A stretch of 64,000 bases of DNA from Poseidonia sp. (GTDB taxonomy: Archaea > Thermoplasmatota > Poseidoniia > Poseidoniales > Poseidoniaceae): contig CBFIDD010000003.1 in NCBI GenBank assembly GCA_965661285.1, positions 224,001 through 288,000 on the forward strand. Reading direction: 5' to 3'. The notes beneath the pieces were generated by a model, which saw nothing but the letters and a program-made list of their open reading frames with translations, searched no databases and was not told the DNA's origin. Both the position numbers and the translations under genes were made by a program. Of the stretch, positions 8,564 to 18,500 are shown in pieces. The stretch's first letter is position 1. Every line of letters starts with the position of its first letter.

Positions 8564-10177
8564 ATGACTGGAACCGCTCCCCCCAAGGTTGCCATTATCG
8601 GTGCTGGACCCGGTGGCCTTGCCTCTGCCCTTTTGCTTGCCAAATCTGGCGTTGATGTTACGGTGTTCGAGCGTTCGTCAGCCGTCGGTGGGCGAAACAA
8701 AGTCTTCGATCGAGACGGCTTCAAATTTGATTTGGGCCCCACATTCTTCCACTACCCCGAGGTGATTGAGGACATTTTCAAGGCCATTGGCATGGACGCT
8801 CATGAAGAGCTGAACCTCCACAAATTGGACCTCAACTACCGCCTCATCTTCGGCCAGGGAGGTGAACTTGACTGCACCAGCGACCTCGATGAAATGACCG
8901 AACGCATCCGCGGCCTTTCCGGCGACAGCAACGCCAATGCCTTCCGCCGCTACGTGGTGGACAACCGCCTCAAGTTGCAGAAATCAAAGGCCTGCTTGCA
9001 AGAACCCTGGTACGGACCCACCGACCTGCTCTCTAAGCGAGCCATGCGCGTAGCCGGTGTGCTTCGCCCGCAGCGCTCCGTTGCTGGAGACCTGATGAAA
9101 CTCTTCGACGACGACCGCCTCATGCTTGCCATGTCCTTCCAAACCAAGTACCTCGGCATGTCGCCGTTCAACTGCCCCAGCTTGTTCACAATGCTGGCGT
9201 TCCTCGAATACGAATACGGTATTTTCCACCCCATGGGCGGGCTGGGCAGCGTCAGCGAGCGCATGGCCTCCATCGCCACCGACCTCGGTGTGACGTTCCG
9301 AATGAACGAAGCCGTCGAATCGGTGATCATGGACGGTAAGACCATCAAGGGTGTCCGCACAGCACAAGGCGAGTTCTTTGCCGAAAAAGTGGTCATGAAC
9401 GCTGATTTCGCCAACGGGATGACCCAGTTGTTCCCTGACAAGGTCCGCAAGAAGTGGAGCAACAAGAAACTGGACAAGAAGAAGTACTCCTGTTCAACGT
9501 TTATGATTTACTTGGGCATCGACAAAGTCTACGAAGACCTCCCGCACCACCAAATCTACGCCTCCGCTAACTACGAACAAAACCTCGAAGACATCGAAAA
9601 GAACCACAAGCTTACGTGGGACGACCCGTCGGTCTATGTTCAGAACGCCTGTGTGGTTGACCCCAGTCTCGCCCCTGAAGGATGTTCAACCGTGTACGCC
9701 CTCGTTCCTGTATCGCACATCCACGAGAACATTGACTGGAGCGAGGAGAAGGACGCCTACCGAGACCGCATCCTTGAGCAAATCGAGGAGAAACTAGGCT
9801 TTGAGAATTTGAAGGACCACATCGTCACCGAGATGATCATCACGCCCGAGGATTGGGGCGACCACTGCTACCGAGGTGCAGTGTTCAACCTCGCTCACGG
9901 CCTGGACCAGATGTTGTGGCGCCGACCAAAGAACCAGTTCGACGAGATCAACAACCTCTACCTCGTCGGTGGAGGCACCCATCCAGGCAGCGGGTTGCCC
10001 GTGATTTACGAATCGGCTCGCATCAGCAGCAAACTCCTCCTCGACAGCCTCGGCATCATCCCTGACTGGAACGGCGTCGACACCTGGTTCGAAAGTCGCA
10101 AGCGCTCCAAGCAGGGCCGTGCTGCACTGAACAAAACATCAAAAGAACCGTCCAGCGGAACACCCACATCTGCGTGA
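8564..10177 (+). CDS. crtI: Phytoene desaturase (CrtI family)
   Basis: IIGAGPGGL, GFKFDLGPT, GIFHPMGG, NLYLVGGGTHPGSGLPVIYESARI; TTTATA at 8535-8540 supports ATG 8564. Confidence 0.92.
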   Translation: MTGTAPPKVAIIGAGPGGLASALLLAKSGVDVTVFERSSAVGGRNKVFDRDGFKFDLGPTFFHYPEVIEDIFKAIGMDAHEELNLHKLDLNYRLIFGQGGELDCTSDLDEMTERIRGLSGDSNANAFRRYVVDNRLKLQKSKACLQEPWYGPTDLLSKRAMRVAGVLRPQRSVAGDLMKLFDDDRLMLAMSFQTKYLGMSPFNCPSLFTMLAFLEYEYGIFHPMGGLGSVSERMASIATDLGVTFRMNEAVESVIMDGKTIKGVRTAQGEFFAEKVVMNADFANGMTQLFPDKVRKKWSNKKLDKKKYSCSTFMIYLGIDKVYEDLPHHQIYASANYEQNLEDIEKNHKLTWDDPSVYVQNACVVDPSLAPEGCSTVYALVPVSHIHENIDWSEEKDAYRDRILEQIEEKLGFENLKDHIVTEMIITPEDWGDHCYRGAVFNLAHGLDQMLWRRPKNQFDEINNLYLVGGGTHPGSGLPVIYESARISSKLLLDSLGIIPDWNGVDTWFESRKRSKQGRAALNKTSKEPSSGTPTSA

Positions 10178-10186
10178 GGAGTTTCG

Positions 10187-11179
10187 ATGCGGGAAAACAG
10201 TCTCGAACAGGCTTACGCCTATTGCGAAACCGTCTGCCGAAACGCGTCAACCACCTTCTACTCCTCATTCAGCGCTCTTCAACCCGACAAACGCCGTGCG
10301 GTCCATGCGGTGTACGCCCTGTGCCGATGGGTGGACGACATCGTTGACGGTGATGAGGAACCGACCATCCTTGAAACGCCCGAACTGCGTCAAGCGACCG
10401 ATGAACGACAGCGTGTTGTGGATGAAATTCACGCAGGAACCTCGCCTTCCTTGTCCGCCCAAGAGCACCGACGACGCATGATGGCGCTGGTCGATATTCG
10501 ACTGAAACTTCGAGCCGCGAACGAACAGTGCATCACCCCAAACGACCATCCCATCTTCATTGCGCTGCAAGACGTGTTTGAGCGCTACCCCATCAAAATC
10601 AACGATTTCGAAACCGTCATCGAGGGGATGGAAGACGATCTCTACCCCGTTCGCAACCAAACCTGGGACGAACTGCGCTCCTACTGCTACAAGGTTGCCT
10701 CCGCTGTGGGCCTTATATTGATTGAAATCTATGGCTACGAAGACCGCGCAGCCCGACTCCACGCCATTGACCTCGGCATCCAAATGCAACTCATCAACGT
10801 CCTTCGAGACATCAACGAAGACATGGAACGAGGGCGGATCTATCTTCCGATGGACATTTTGGAATCCCATAACATCACCCACGAAATGTTGCAGTCGGGC
10901 GCCATTGCGAACACCGTGGCGTGGAAAGGCTTCATTGTGGAATACGTTGAGGTCATCAAACGGCACCAATCCTCCGCCAACCAACTGTTCGGCTATCTCG
11001 ACGGCCGTGCACGCGTACAACCGGAAATCATGGCCGACGCTTACACCTCGATTCTCAGTGAAATCGTTCGCCGGTCCGGCGATGTGTTCACCCAACCTGT
11101 GCGTCTCTCCAAGACGCGCAAAGCCCTGCTCGGCCTTCGCCTGAGTCTGCGAAAACTCCGAGCACGCCTCTTTGCGTGA
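10187..11179 (+). CDS. crtB: Phytoene/squalene synthase
   Basis: TFY..F, YALCRWVDDIVD, YCYKVASAVG, QLINVLRDINEDMERGRIYLP. Confidence 0.9.
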   Translation: MRENSLEQAYAYCETVCRNASTTFYSSFSALQPDKRRAVHAVYALCRWVDDIVDGDEEPTILETPELRQATDERQRVVDEIHAGTSPSLSAQEHRRRMMALVDIRLKLRAANEQCITPNDHPIFIALQDVFERYPIKINDFETVIEGMEDDLYPVRNQTWDELRSYCYKVASAVGLILIEIYGYEDRAARLHAIDLGIQMQLINVLRDINEDMERGRIYLPMDILESHNITHEMLQSGAIANTVAWKGFIVEYVEVIKRHQSSANQLFGYLDGRARVQPEIMADAYTSILSEIVRRSGDVFTQPVRLSKTRKALLGLRLSLRKLRARLFA

Positions 11180-11188
11180 TGCCCGGTT

Positions 11189-12667
11189 TTACTCAAGGAT
11201 GGGCGCCATCAAGCCGAATTCCTCGTACAGGCTCGGGCCCGATGCGAGATAGTAGACAGCCCCTCGACCGTCCCGGGAGTTTTCGGCCGTAGCGTTGTCA
11301 CTGGTGGCGCATTCCCCGGTGCAACCATCGGCAAACGCCACGTACACCCTGCCTTCCCGGTCAATGTGGAGGTCGTTGAAATCGAGCAGATTGCGATTGG
11401 AACCCCCGATGTCGCGACAATCGCCTGAGTTCAAGCAAATCGACCCGCGCTGAACGGGATCGTCGGTCACACGATAGGTGTGGAAGGTGGGTTCGGGGTC
11501 AAGAGCGTTCAAGCTGTAGGTGATGTAGAGATGGTAGGTGGCGTTGTTGGGAGCATAGTGCGCATTGCCGTCCCACGGGTTGCCGTCAATGTCGGATTGA
11601 TTGAGCATCTCGGTGTTCTCGCTGCCAAGATAGGTGATGGCGATGCGTCCGGGGTCGCCAGCGTCGGTTTGCGGGAACACCGAAGAAATGACGCCAGCAG
11701 GAGATATTCGGATGCTCTCTTGCTCCCATGTTTCTCCTGAATCGGTTGAGCGAGACATGTACACGCCTTCGTCAGCCCCCGTCCACACGTGGTAGGCATT
11801 GGAGGCGGTGTCGGTAGAAACCTCAGAGTTCTTGCGAGGGTTTGGGGTGCTCACGTCCTCGCCCATGGTTCGCTCGAACCACGAAAAGCCGTTGTCTTTG
11901 GAAACGATGACCGTGGGCGTGGCAACACGGGGCGTGACGTAGACCGTGCCGTCGGGTGCTGTGGAAATGGCGCCGTGCAGGCCGCCGTTGGTGGTGGCAA
12001 GACCGATGATTTGTCCACCCGTCTCGAAGGTTGCACCGCCGTCGTAGCTCGTGAAGCAGAAGATACCGGCCAGTTTGTTGTAGCAGTAGTAAACGGCCGT
12101 TTCGTAGAAACTGCTCGTGATTTGACCCACCAAACCGTAGCCGCTGCTGGTCCACGGTCCACTGGCCAATTTGATGTGGTCGTTGAGGGGCGTGGTCCCC
12201 GAATCGTGGGGATTGCCCATCCAAGTCTCGCCGTCGTCATCGCTCCAGCAAATCCAGGAGGTCTCAAGGCCAATCATTTGGACACCAAAGACACGGTCGG
12301 TGATGGGGTCAACCCATCCATACGGGTCGCTGGTGGTGGGCGAACACATGACGGGGTCTTGGGTTTCTTCCCAGGTCGCACCGCCGTCGCACGAGCGCAT
12401 CACCTTCTCCATGGCGATGAAGAAAATACAACCGCTTGAGGTGATGCCGATGCTGGGCTCTTTGCCCGTTTCACCAACATCACTGAATTGAAAGGTCATG
12501 TTCAACGGGGCCATTTCAACAGGTTGCCCGTTGCGGTCGGTTACGAACACACGGGGATTGGGTTGTTCCTCTTCAGCCGTTGGGGGTACGACCGCTTCCT
12601 CGCCAAAGCATCCTGAAAGTGAGAGTGTGACGACCAAGACCGAAAGAAAGAGCGCTCGTCCCTGCAT
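11189..12667 (-). CDS. Secreted lipoprotein with BNR/Asp-box repeats (sialidase-like beta-propeller)
   Basis: Lipobox LSGC; Asp boxes SCDGGATW, SDDDGETW, SYDGGATF, SKDNGFSW, STDSGETW. Confidence 0.8.
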   Translation of the reverse strand: MQGRALFLSVLVVTLSLSGCFGEEAVVPPTAEEEQPNPRVFVTDRNGQPVEMAPLNMTFQFSDVGETGKEPSIGITSSGCIFFIAMEKVMRSCDGGATWEETQDPVMCSPTTSDPYGWVDPITDRVFGVQMIGLETSWICWSDDDGETWMGNPHDSGTTPLNDHIKLASGPWTSSGYGLVGQITSSFYETAVYYCYNKLAGIFCFTSYDGGATFETGGQIIGLATTNGGLHGAISTAPDGTVYVTPRVATPTVIVSKDNGFSWFERTMGEDVSTPNPRKNSEVSTDTASNAYHVWTGADEGVYMSRSTDSGETWEQESIRISPAGVISSVFPQTDAGDPGRIAITYLGSENTEMLNQSDIDGNPWDGNAHYAPNNATYHLYITYSLNALDPEPTFHTYRVTDDPVQRGSICLNSGDCRDIGGSNRNLLDFNDLHIDREGRVYVAFADGCTGECATSDNATAENSRDGRGAVYYLASGPSLYEEFGLMAPILE

Positions 12668-12715
12668 GATGTGGCCGACCCCCCGGCCACTAATGACCTT
12701 ACGCTCAGCGAGTTC

Positions 12716-13981
12716 TCAAGCCTCAAACAGCGACTCGTAGATGGCCTCGTAAGCCTCAGCGTTGTGTTCGTAGGTGAATCGGTCCAACACTCGCTGCCGG
12801 CCTTTCTGCATCTGCGAAGTTCGCTCCTCAGGGTGGTCAAGGCAATGATTGACGGCCCTTGCGAGGTCTTCGTGGTCGCCACAGGTGAACAGACCGCCCA
12901 CTTCGTGGTCGATCATTTCCGTCAGCGGGGGTTGGTCAACAGTGACAACCGGCGTGCCGCTGGCCAAGGCTTCGAGTGGAATCAAGCCTTGACCTTCGTA
13001 ATAGGACGGGTAGACCACGAGGTCAGCCGACCGGAAATGCAGGGCGAGTTGCTCAAAACTCATCCCCGGCTGGATGTGCACGGCATGAGCGATGCCCAGC
13101 CGTTTCGCTTGACGCATGAGCGTTTTTCGCATGTGGCCCCGTCCGATGATGACCAGTCGGGCACCCGGGTGCTGCTTGAGAATCGAAGGCATGGCCCGTA
13201 GCAGTGTGCGGTGCCCCTTACGTGCGACGAGCCGACCTACGGCGAGGAGGAGTGGCGTAGAGGTATCGGGCCGTCCGTGCAAGGCCGCTTCATCGGCGGC
13301 GTCGTAGGATTTTCGGAGCGCTTCGTAAGCGAGTTGTTCCTCCTCATGGTCGTGGTTCATGGGTCGGAACACCTTGTGGTCAACACCGTAGAGCACGGTT
13401 TCGCACATCCAATCTTCGGGTGGCTTGTACCATCGCTCAAACTCTCTTTGCGTCGATTCGGAAATGGCCACGCAGACACTGGAATGCTCCACGCCCGCTT
13501 GTTCGTACTTGGCGTAGTAGCCACCGGTCAGGAGAATGGCCAAATCGTTGGGATTCTTCCACGTCGCCGCTTCCTTGTGCCTTGCGGCCAGTTTCATGCC
13601 TTCTCGCTCACCGATCCAACTGCCGTTGAGCGCCGAGACGACGGGGGCGATGTTTTCCTCAACCCACAGGTATTCTTTGGCCGTCCAACTCACCAATGGA
13701 AGGAGCGTATGAACCACATCAACCGGCTTGACTTGGTCAAGTCGACGAAGTTCGGTGAGTGCGTGTTTCCCATACGAACGGGTGAAGGCCATGGGTGCCT
13801 TGAGCCATGGGACCTGAAGAACGCTGACACCGGGCTGCTGTGGTGTGGGCTGTGGATGCGTTCGTGTGATGACGGTCACGTCATGGCCCCGTTGCGCGAG
13901 ATGGCCCGCCAAATGGAAGACCACCGAGCCGATACCTCCCCAGCGAGGAGGATATTCGCCGGAGACCATGGCGATGTGCAT
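12716..13981 (-). CDS. Glycosyltransferase family 4
   Basis: Likely start MHIAMVSGEYPPRWGG (13981); GRLVARKG and PSYYEGQGLIPLEALASGTPVV. Confidence 0.9.
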   Translation of the reverse strand: MHIAMVSGEYPPRWGGIGSVVFHLAGHLAQRGHDVTVITRTHPQPTPQQPGVSVLQVPWLKAPMAFTRSYGKHALTELRRLDQVKPVDVVHTLLPLVSWTAKEYLWVEENIAPVVSALNGSWIGEREGMKLAARHKEAATWKNPNDLAILLTGGYYAKYEQAGVEHSSVCVAISESTQREFERWYKPPEDWMCETVLYGVDHKVFRPMNHDHEEEQLAYEALRKSYDAADEAALHGRPDTSTPLLLAVGRLVARKGHRTLLRAMPSILKQHPGARLVIIGRGHMRKTLMRQAKRLGIAHAVHIQPGMSFEQLALHFRSADLVVYPSYYEGQGLIPLEALASGTPVVTVDQPPLTEMIDHEVGGLFTCGDHEDLARAVNHCLDHPEERTSQMQKGRQRVLDRFTYEHNAEAYEAIYESLFEA

Positions 13982-14086
13982 GGAAAGCACCACACGGAAC
14001 CTGCATTTGAAGTTCATTGAAACCGGTGAGGTGATGGGCACGCTTCCAGCCAAACCTTTGAAGGTCAATCCTCCGGTGGGAGTTGC

Positions 14087-14860
14087 ATGGGCGATGTGCT
14101 TCCGGTCTCCGTCACCGTCATTTTGCCAACCCGAAACGAAGAGGAGGCCTTGGGCCCCACCATCGATGCCATTCCCCGTGGCTGGTGCGAGGACTTGGAA
14201 ATCATGATCGTGGACGGCAATTCCACAGACAGGACGCGAGAGATCGCTTTGGAAAAGGACATTCGTGTTCATCTCGAACCCCGAAAAGGGTACGGACGAG
14301 CCTACCGCACGGGCTTTGAAGTCGCCAAAAACGACATCATCGTCACCATGGACGCCGACTGCACCTACCCGGCAGAGTTGGTCCCCGATTTGGTCAAGCG
14401 ACTCCTCGATGACGACCTTGATTTCATCACCTGCGACCGCTTATCGCTCGCCGAAGACGGTTCCATGTCGGGACTGCACGGCTTCGGAAATTGGGTGCTC
14501 TCGTTCACCGCCCGCATGCTGTTCTGGTACGGTATCAAAGACTCCCAAACCGGCATGTGGGTCTTTCGAAAGTCCATTTTCGACAACGAGAAGATGCGAC
14601 CGACCAACGACGGCATGCCACTCAGCGAAGAAATCAAAATCTTGGCTCGCCGTCATCTCGGAAAAAAGAAGGCCATCGAAATCTCTGTCCCCTACCGCCC
14701 TCGTGTTGGAGAGGCGGAAATTCACACTTGGGGTGACGGATGGAAGAACCTGCGGTTCCTCTTCCTTCGCAGGTTTGGTCTGCACCGAACCCGAACACCG
14801 TGGGGCGGGCTTGAAAGCAATCCCGATTCGACGAAAAACAATCTGCCCGAACAAGCATGA
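14087..14860 (+). CDS. Glycosyltransferase family 2 (Dol-P-mannose synthase-like)
   Basis: VILPTRNEE, VDGNSTDRT, KGYGRA, MDADCTYP, DSQTG. Confidence 0.9.
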   Translation: MGDVLPVSVTVILPTRNEEEALGPTIDAIPRGWCEDLEIMIVDGNSTDRTREIALEKDIRVHLEPRKGYGRAYRTGFEVAKNDIIVTMDADCTYPAELVPDLVKRLLDDDLDFITCDRLSLAEDGSMSGLHGFGNWVLSFTARMLFWYGIKDSQTGMWVFRKSIFDNEKMRPTNDGMPLSEEIKILARRHLGKKKAIEISVPYRPRVGEAEIHTWGDGWKNLRFLFLRRFGLHRTRTPWGGLESNPDSTKNNLPEQA

Positions 14861-15507
14861 GTGGTCTGTCCATGGAGTTCTGGCACCATCGTTGGGAAAC
14901 CGAGCAAATCGGTTGGCACCGGCATGAATTCAACGACTTGATGGTCAAACACTGGCCGAGCCTCGGTGTTTCAAGCAACGCCGAAGTGTTGGTCCCCCTG
15001 TGCGGCAAATCACTGGACATGGTGTGGCTGGCAGAGCAAGGCCACCGTGTCGTGGGTCTCGAAATGGTTGAACACGCCGTGCAGTCCTTCTTCGCAGAAC
15101 GGGGCATGCAGCCCGAACGTGTTGAGGAACAGGCCGTTGTGCGCTACGAGCACACGCCCTTTACGCTCCTTCAAGGCGACCTCTTCAAGGTGGAACCTGG
15201 CCGGGTCCAAGCGGATGCATGGTACGACCGTGCCGCCATGATTGCGCTTCCGGATGCCGTACGCAGTGCGTATGTTGAACAGTTGCGAAACCAAACCAAG
15301 CCGGGTGCTGTAGGGCTGCTCATCACGTACGCCTACCCGCAACACGAGATGGACGGACCGCCCTTTGCGCTTCATGACGAAGACGTGGAACGATTCTATG
15401 CAGACGGTTTTGAAGTTGAAAGGCTCGAGCACCAACCACTCGAGGACGAGCGAGGTCGAGGCCTGTCCAGCATCACCACCAGCGTGTTCAAACTCACACG
15501 GACATGA
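14857..15507 (+). CDS. tpm: Thiopurine S-methyltransferase
   Basis: FWHHRW..EQIGW, VLVPLCGKSLDMVWLA..GH.VVG.E, YDRAAMIALP, GPPF. Confidence 0.9.
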   Translation: MSGLSMEFWHHRWETEQIGWHRHEFNDLMVKHWPSLGVSSNAEVLVPLCGKSLDMVWLAEQGHRVVGLEMVEHAVQSFFAERGMQPERVEEQAVVRYEHTPFTLLQGDLFKVEPGRVQADAWYDRAAMIALPDAVRSAYVEQLRNQTKPGAVGLLITYAYPQHEMDGPPFALHDEDVERFYADGFEVERLEHQPLEDERGRGLSSITTSVFKLTRT

Positions 15508-15542
15508 GGTAAGCGTCGCCCGTTTCAACGAGCCCCCTTTCA

Positions 15543-18500
15543 TCAATCAAGGTCAAGGTCGAGCCCCGATTCAGCTTCTGCTTGAACTTCCTGCGTGCCG
15601 TCCATCGCGTTTCCTTCGAGGACGGGGACGGATTTTTCCTCGCTTGTCGCTTTCTCTGAAGGGGCCTTGAAGGCGTCCCACGACGTGAGCAAATCGATTT
15701 CTTCGAGGGCTCGGCGCCGCCGGGCCACCATGAACGCAACGAGGCCCGCAATGGACACCAAGCCAAGCGCTGCGCCGGCCAAAAGCAGGCCACGCATGTC
15801 GTCTTCCGGCGCTTCGACGATGAGGTTTCTTGACATGAAGTCAATGTTGGCGTTCTCGCCCACCCCGTCCTTGGCGACGATCTTCAGCAAGGGGCGACCG
15901 GTGGTTTCCGGTCGCCATTCAATGACACCTTCCCACACACCATCGCCATCCTCATCGCTCAAGTTGGCCTCCCACTGCTGGATACCGAGGGTGATGTTCA
16001 CGCGCACATCGCTGGTGGTCCCATCGGGGTCGCTGAGGGCAATGCGAACGGTCAGGGTGTTGAGTTCGTCTTGCGTAAACGTTTCAGAACTGAGCACGAG
16101 GGAATCTCGGTCGAGGGATGGAAGACTGGATTGGAGGGTGATGTTGACGTGTTGTTCAACCGAGTTACCACGGGCGTCTTCCACATACAACGAAAGATGG
16201 TATTCACCGGGTTGGAGTCCAGTAAGCTCGTCCTTTGAGCGCGTGGACAACACCTCGGGCTCACTCAGTTCTGGAGCGTAGCGTCGCCACTCGCGCACGG
16301 TCAAATCGTTATCAGCATCGTAGGAGGCTTCCTCGAGCAGCAAGGCGCCGCCAGGAACGATGGACTGCCGGTTTTCTGGGGAGATCAACACCAACACGGG
16401 CGCCGATTCGACCACGGTCAGAGCGAAGCCCTCGTCTCGCGAGGCACCGGTATCGTCGGTGAGCGTCACCGTCATCTGATGTTCACCTGCGTTCAGCGTG
16501 AAGGCGTGTTGTTCGTTGGGGTCAACGTCCACCAGCAGCGGATCGCTCGCTTCCGATGAACGCAGCGTGATGGTGAAGTTGTCCCCGTCGTAATCTACGC
16601 TCTGCGATACATCGAGCATGAACATCGTCGACGAAGGATGAACGGTGCCGGGCTGCGGACTGACCAAGCCAAGGACCGGCGCAGAGGGCGTTACCGTGAC
16701 GGTTCGGGTGGTCGTGATGGGGTCGTGAATGCCGTCGTCAACGCTCAGTGTAATCTCATGTTCCCCAGCGCTCAGGCGTCGTTCAAACAACAACCAGTCT
16801 TCGCCTTCCGGCGTCAATCGGCCGTCAAGGCTGCTCATCCAGGTGACCACAAGGAATTCCGACCCGGTGGCCGGCTCAACCTCTGCACAGACCCATTCAC
16901 CTTCCGTGGGGAAGGTGGAGCAGGCAGCGTCGTAGTCGCCTGAACCGTTGGCAGAGAAGGAAATCAACTCGGAGCTGTCGAAGGTTTGGGCCGGCGGTGA
17001 AGCAATGACCGCCACGGGCTCGGCGTTGTCGACCGTGAGCAGGATGGAGGCCGTTTTGCTTTGGTTAGCATGTTCTGCACGGTCGTCGGTGACCTCCATC
17101 GTGATGGTGTGAACGCCGCGGGAAAGGTGGCCTTCCCAAACCAGCGCTGAGCCGACCTGCAGCAGCCCGTCAAGCGATGAGGTGAAGGTGGTCGTCAGCG
17201 CGTCGCCTTCGGGGTCGACGGTTGCGCTTCCGTCGAGGGTCACGAGGGCCTCACTCGCACTGGACGAACGGTTCACCGTGAACACCGGGTCTGGAATTTC
17301 ATTGTAAAGCATCACAGGGACGCTGTAGGTGGCGTTGTTACCGACCTCGTCCCAAGCCAGTACGGTCATGGTGAAGGAAGCGGGAGGATCGTCATCGACG
17401 TGGTCGAAGGTGTAGGTGAGTTCCTCTGGACATCCCCACTGGTTTCCCCAACCGTGGCCCTGACGGTTGTATCCGCTGAACGTGATGAGGCAAGCAAAGT
17501 CGTCACCTTCAGGGTCGTAGGTTCCCGTGGTATTGACGGTGACGGTGCCCGTTTGCGGCATGATAAGCTCGCTCCACGGGTTGAGGGCAGGTTCGAAATC
17601 AACCACGAGCACCGGTGCAAAGTTGACCAGTTCGATGGTTCGCGTCTCAGACACGCAATGCGTGGGGTCACAAATCTCCAGCGTGACCTCGTGAATTCCA
17701 TCGCTCAACGAGATTCCGGAAACGAGGTTATTCACTCGAAACATATCGGTTTGTGTTGCAAAAAGACCGTCAACGGAGGAGGTCCATTCGTAGGTCAGTG
17801 CATCGTTGTCAAGATCCCACGAATCGGACGCATTGAATTCCACCTCTGCTTGCGACGGGAACACGCTGCTGTCTTCGGGGGTGGTCCAGTGAATGAACGG
17901 TGCTTGGTTCGCCAGCGGAAGATGGCAGTAGACGACGCGGTCCTGGTCAAAGGTCGTGGAGGTCGAGTTTGCCACCCCGGAATAGCCACAATCGATGTTC
18001 GCAACGTTGTACGAACTTTCTCCCGTCGACGTCCATCGCTGTCCGATGAAATCAGGCAAGAACAACTGCCCGATGTCGTTGGCAGGCAGCGTGAAGGCCG
18101 GCTCATACGCATCAAAGGTCACGTTGACGGTGGCTCCGGGGACGCCGTTTGAGTAGTTGTTCACGACCCAGACCGTCAAGTCCCAAGCGATGTCCAACTG
18201 CGCACCGGAGGCGAGCACGGCCGAAGCATAGGAAACGCCCACCGGCTGATGCAAGTGAAGCGTCGAAGACGCATCGAGGTCCAACACGGTCGGACTCCCT
18301 GTGGCCCCTCGGTCGTCGGTGAACGCCGACCAGTTCACCTGGCTGTTCGTGAAGGTGAGGTCGCCGGTGCAGCCGGTGGAGATGCGATTGCCGTGGCCTG
18401 CAAGGAAGGTGTGGCCGTCGAACACCGCACAGTCGGTGCCCGAAAACACGGTGTTGTTGAGGTAGGAAGCAAACTGGCCGTTGTTATCGCCTTGCCAGTC

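Noticed and set aside
13982-14272. ORF-track N-terminal extension of the GT4 gene (similar extensions at 30595, 34703, 38833, 41609, 53048, 55079 and 58384)
   Set aside because: They overlap neighbouring genes or promoters; family motifs and promoter spacing point to downstream starts.
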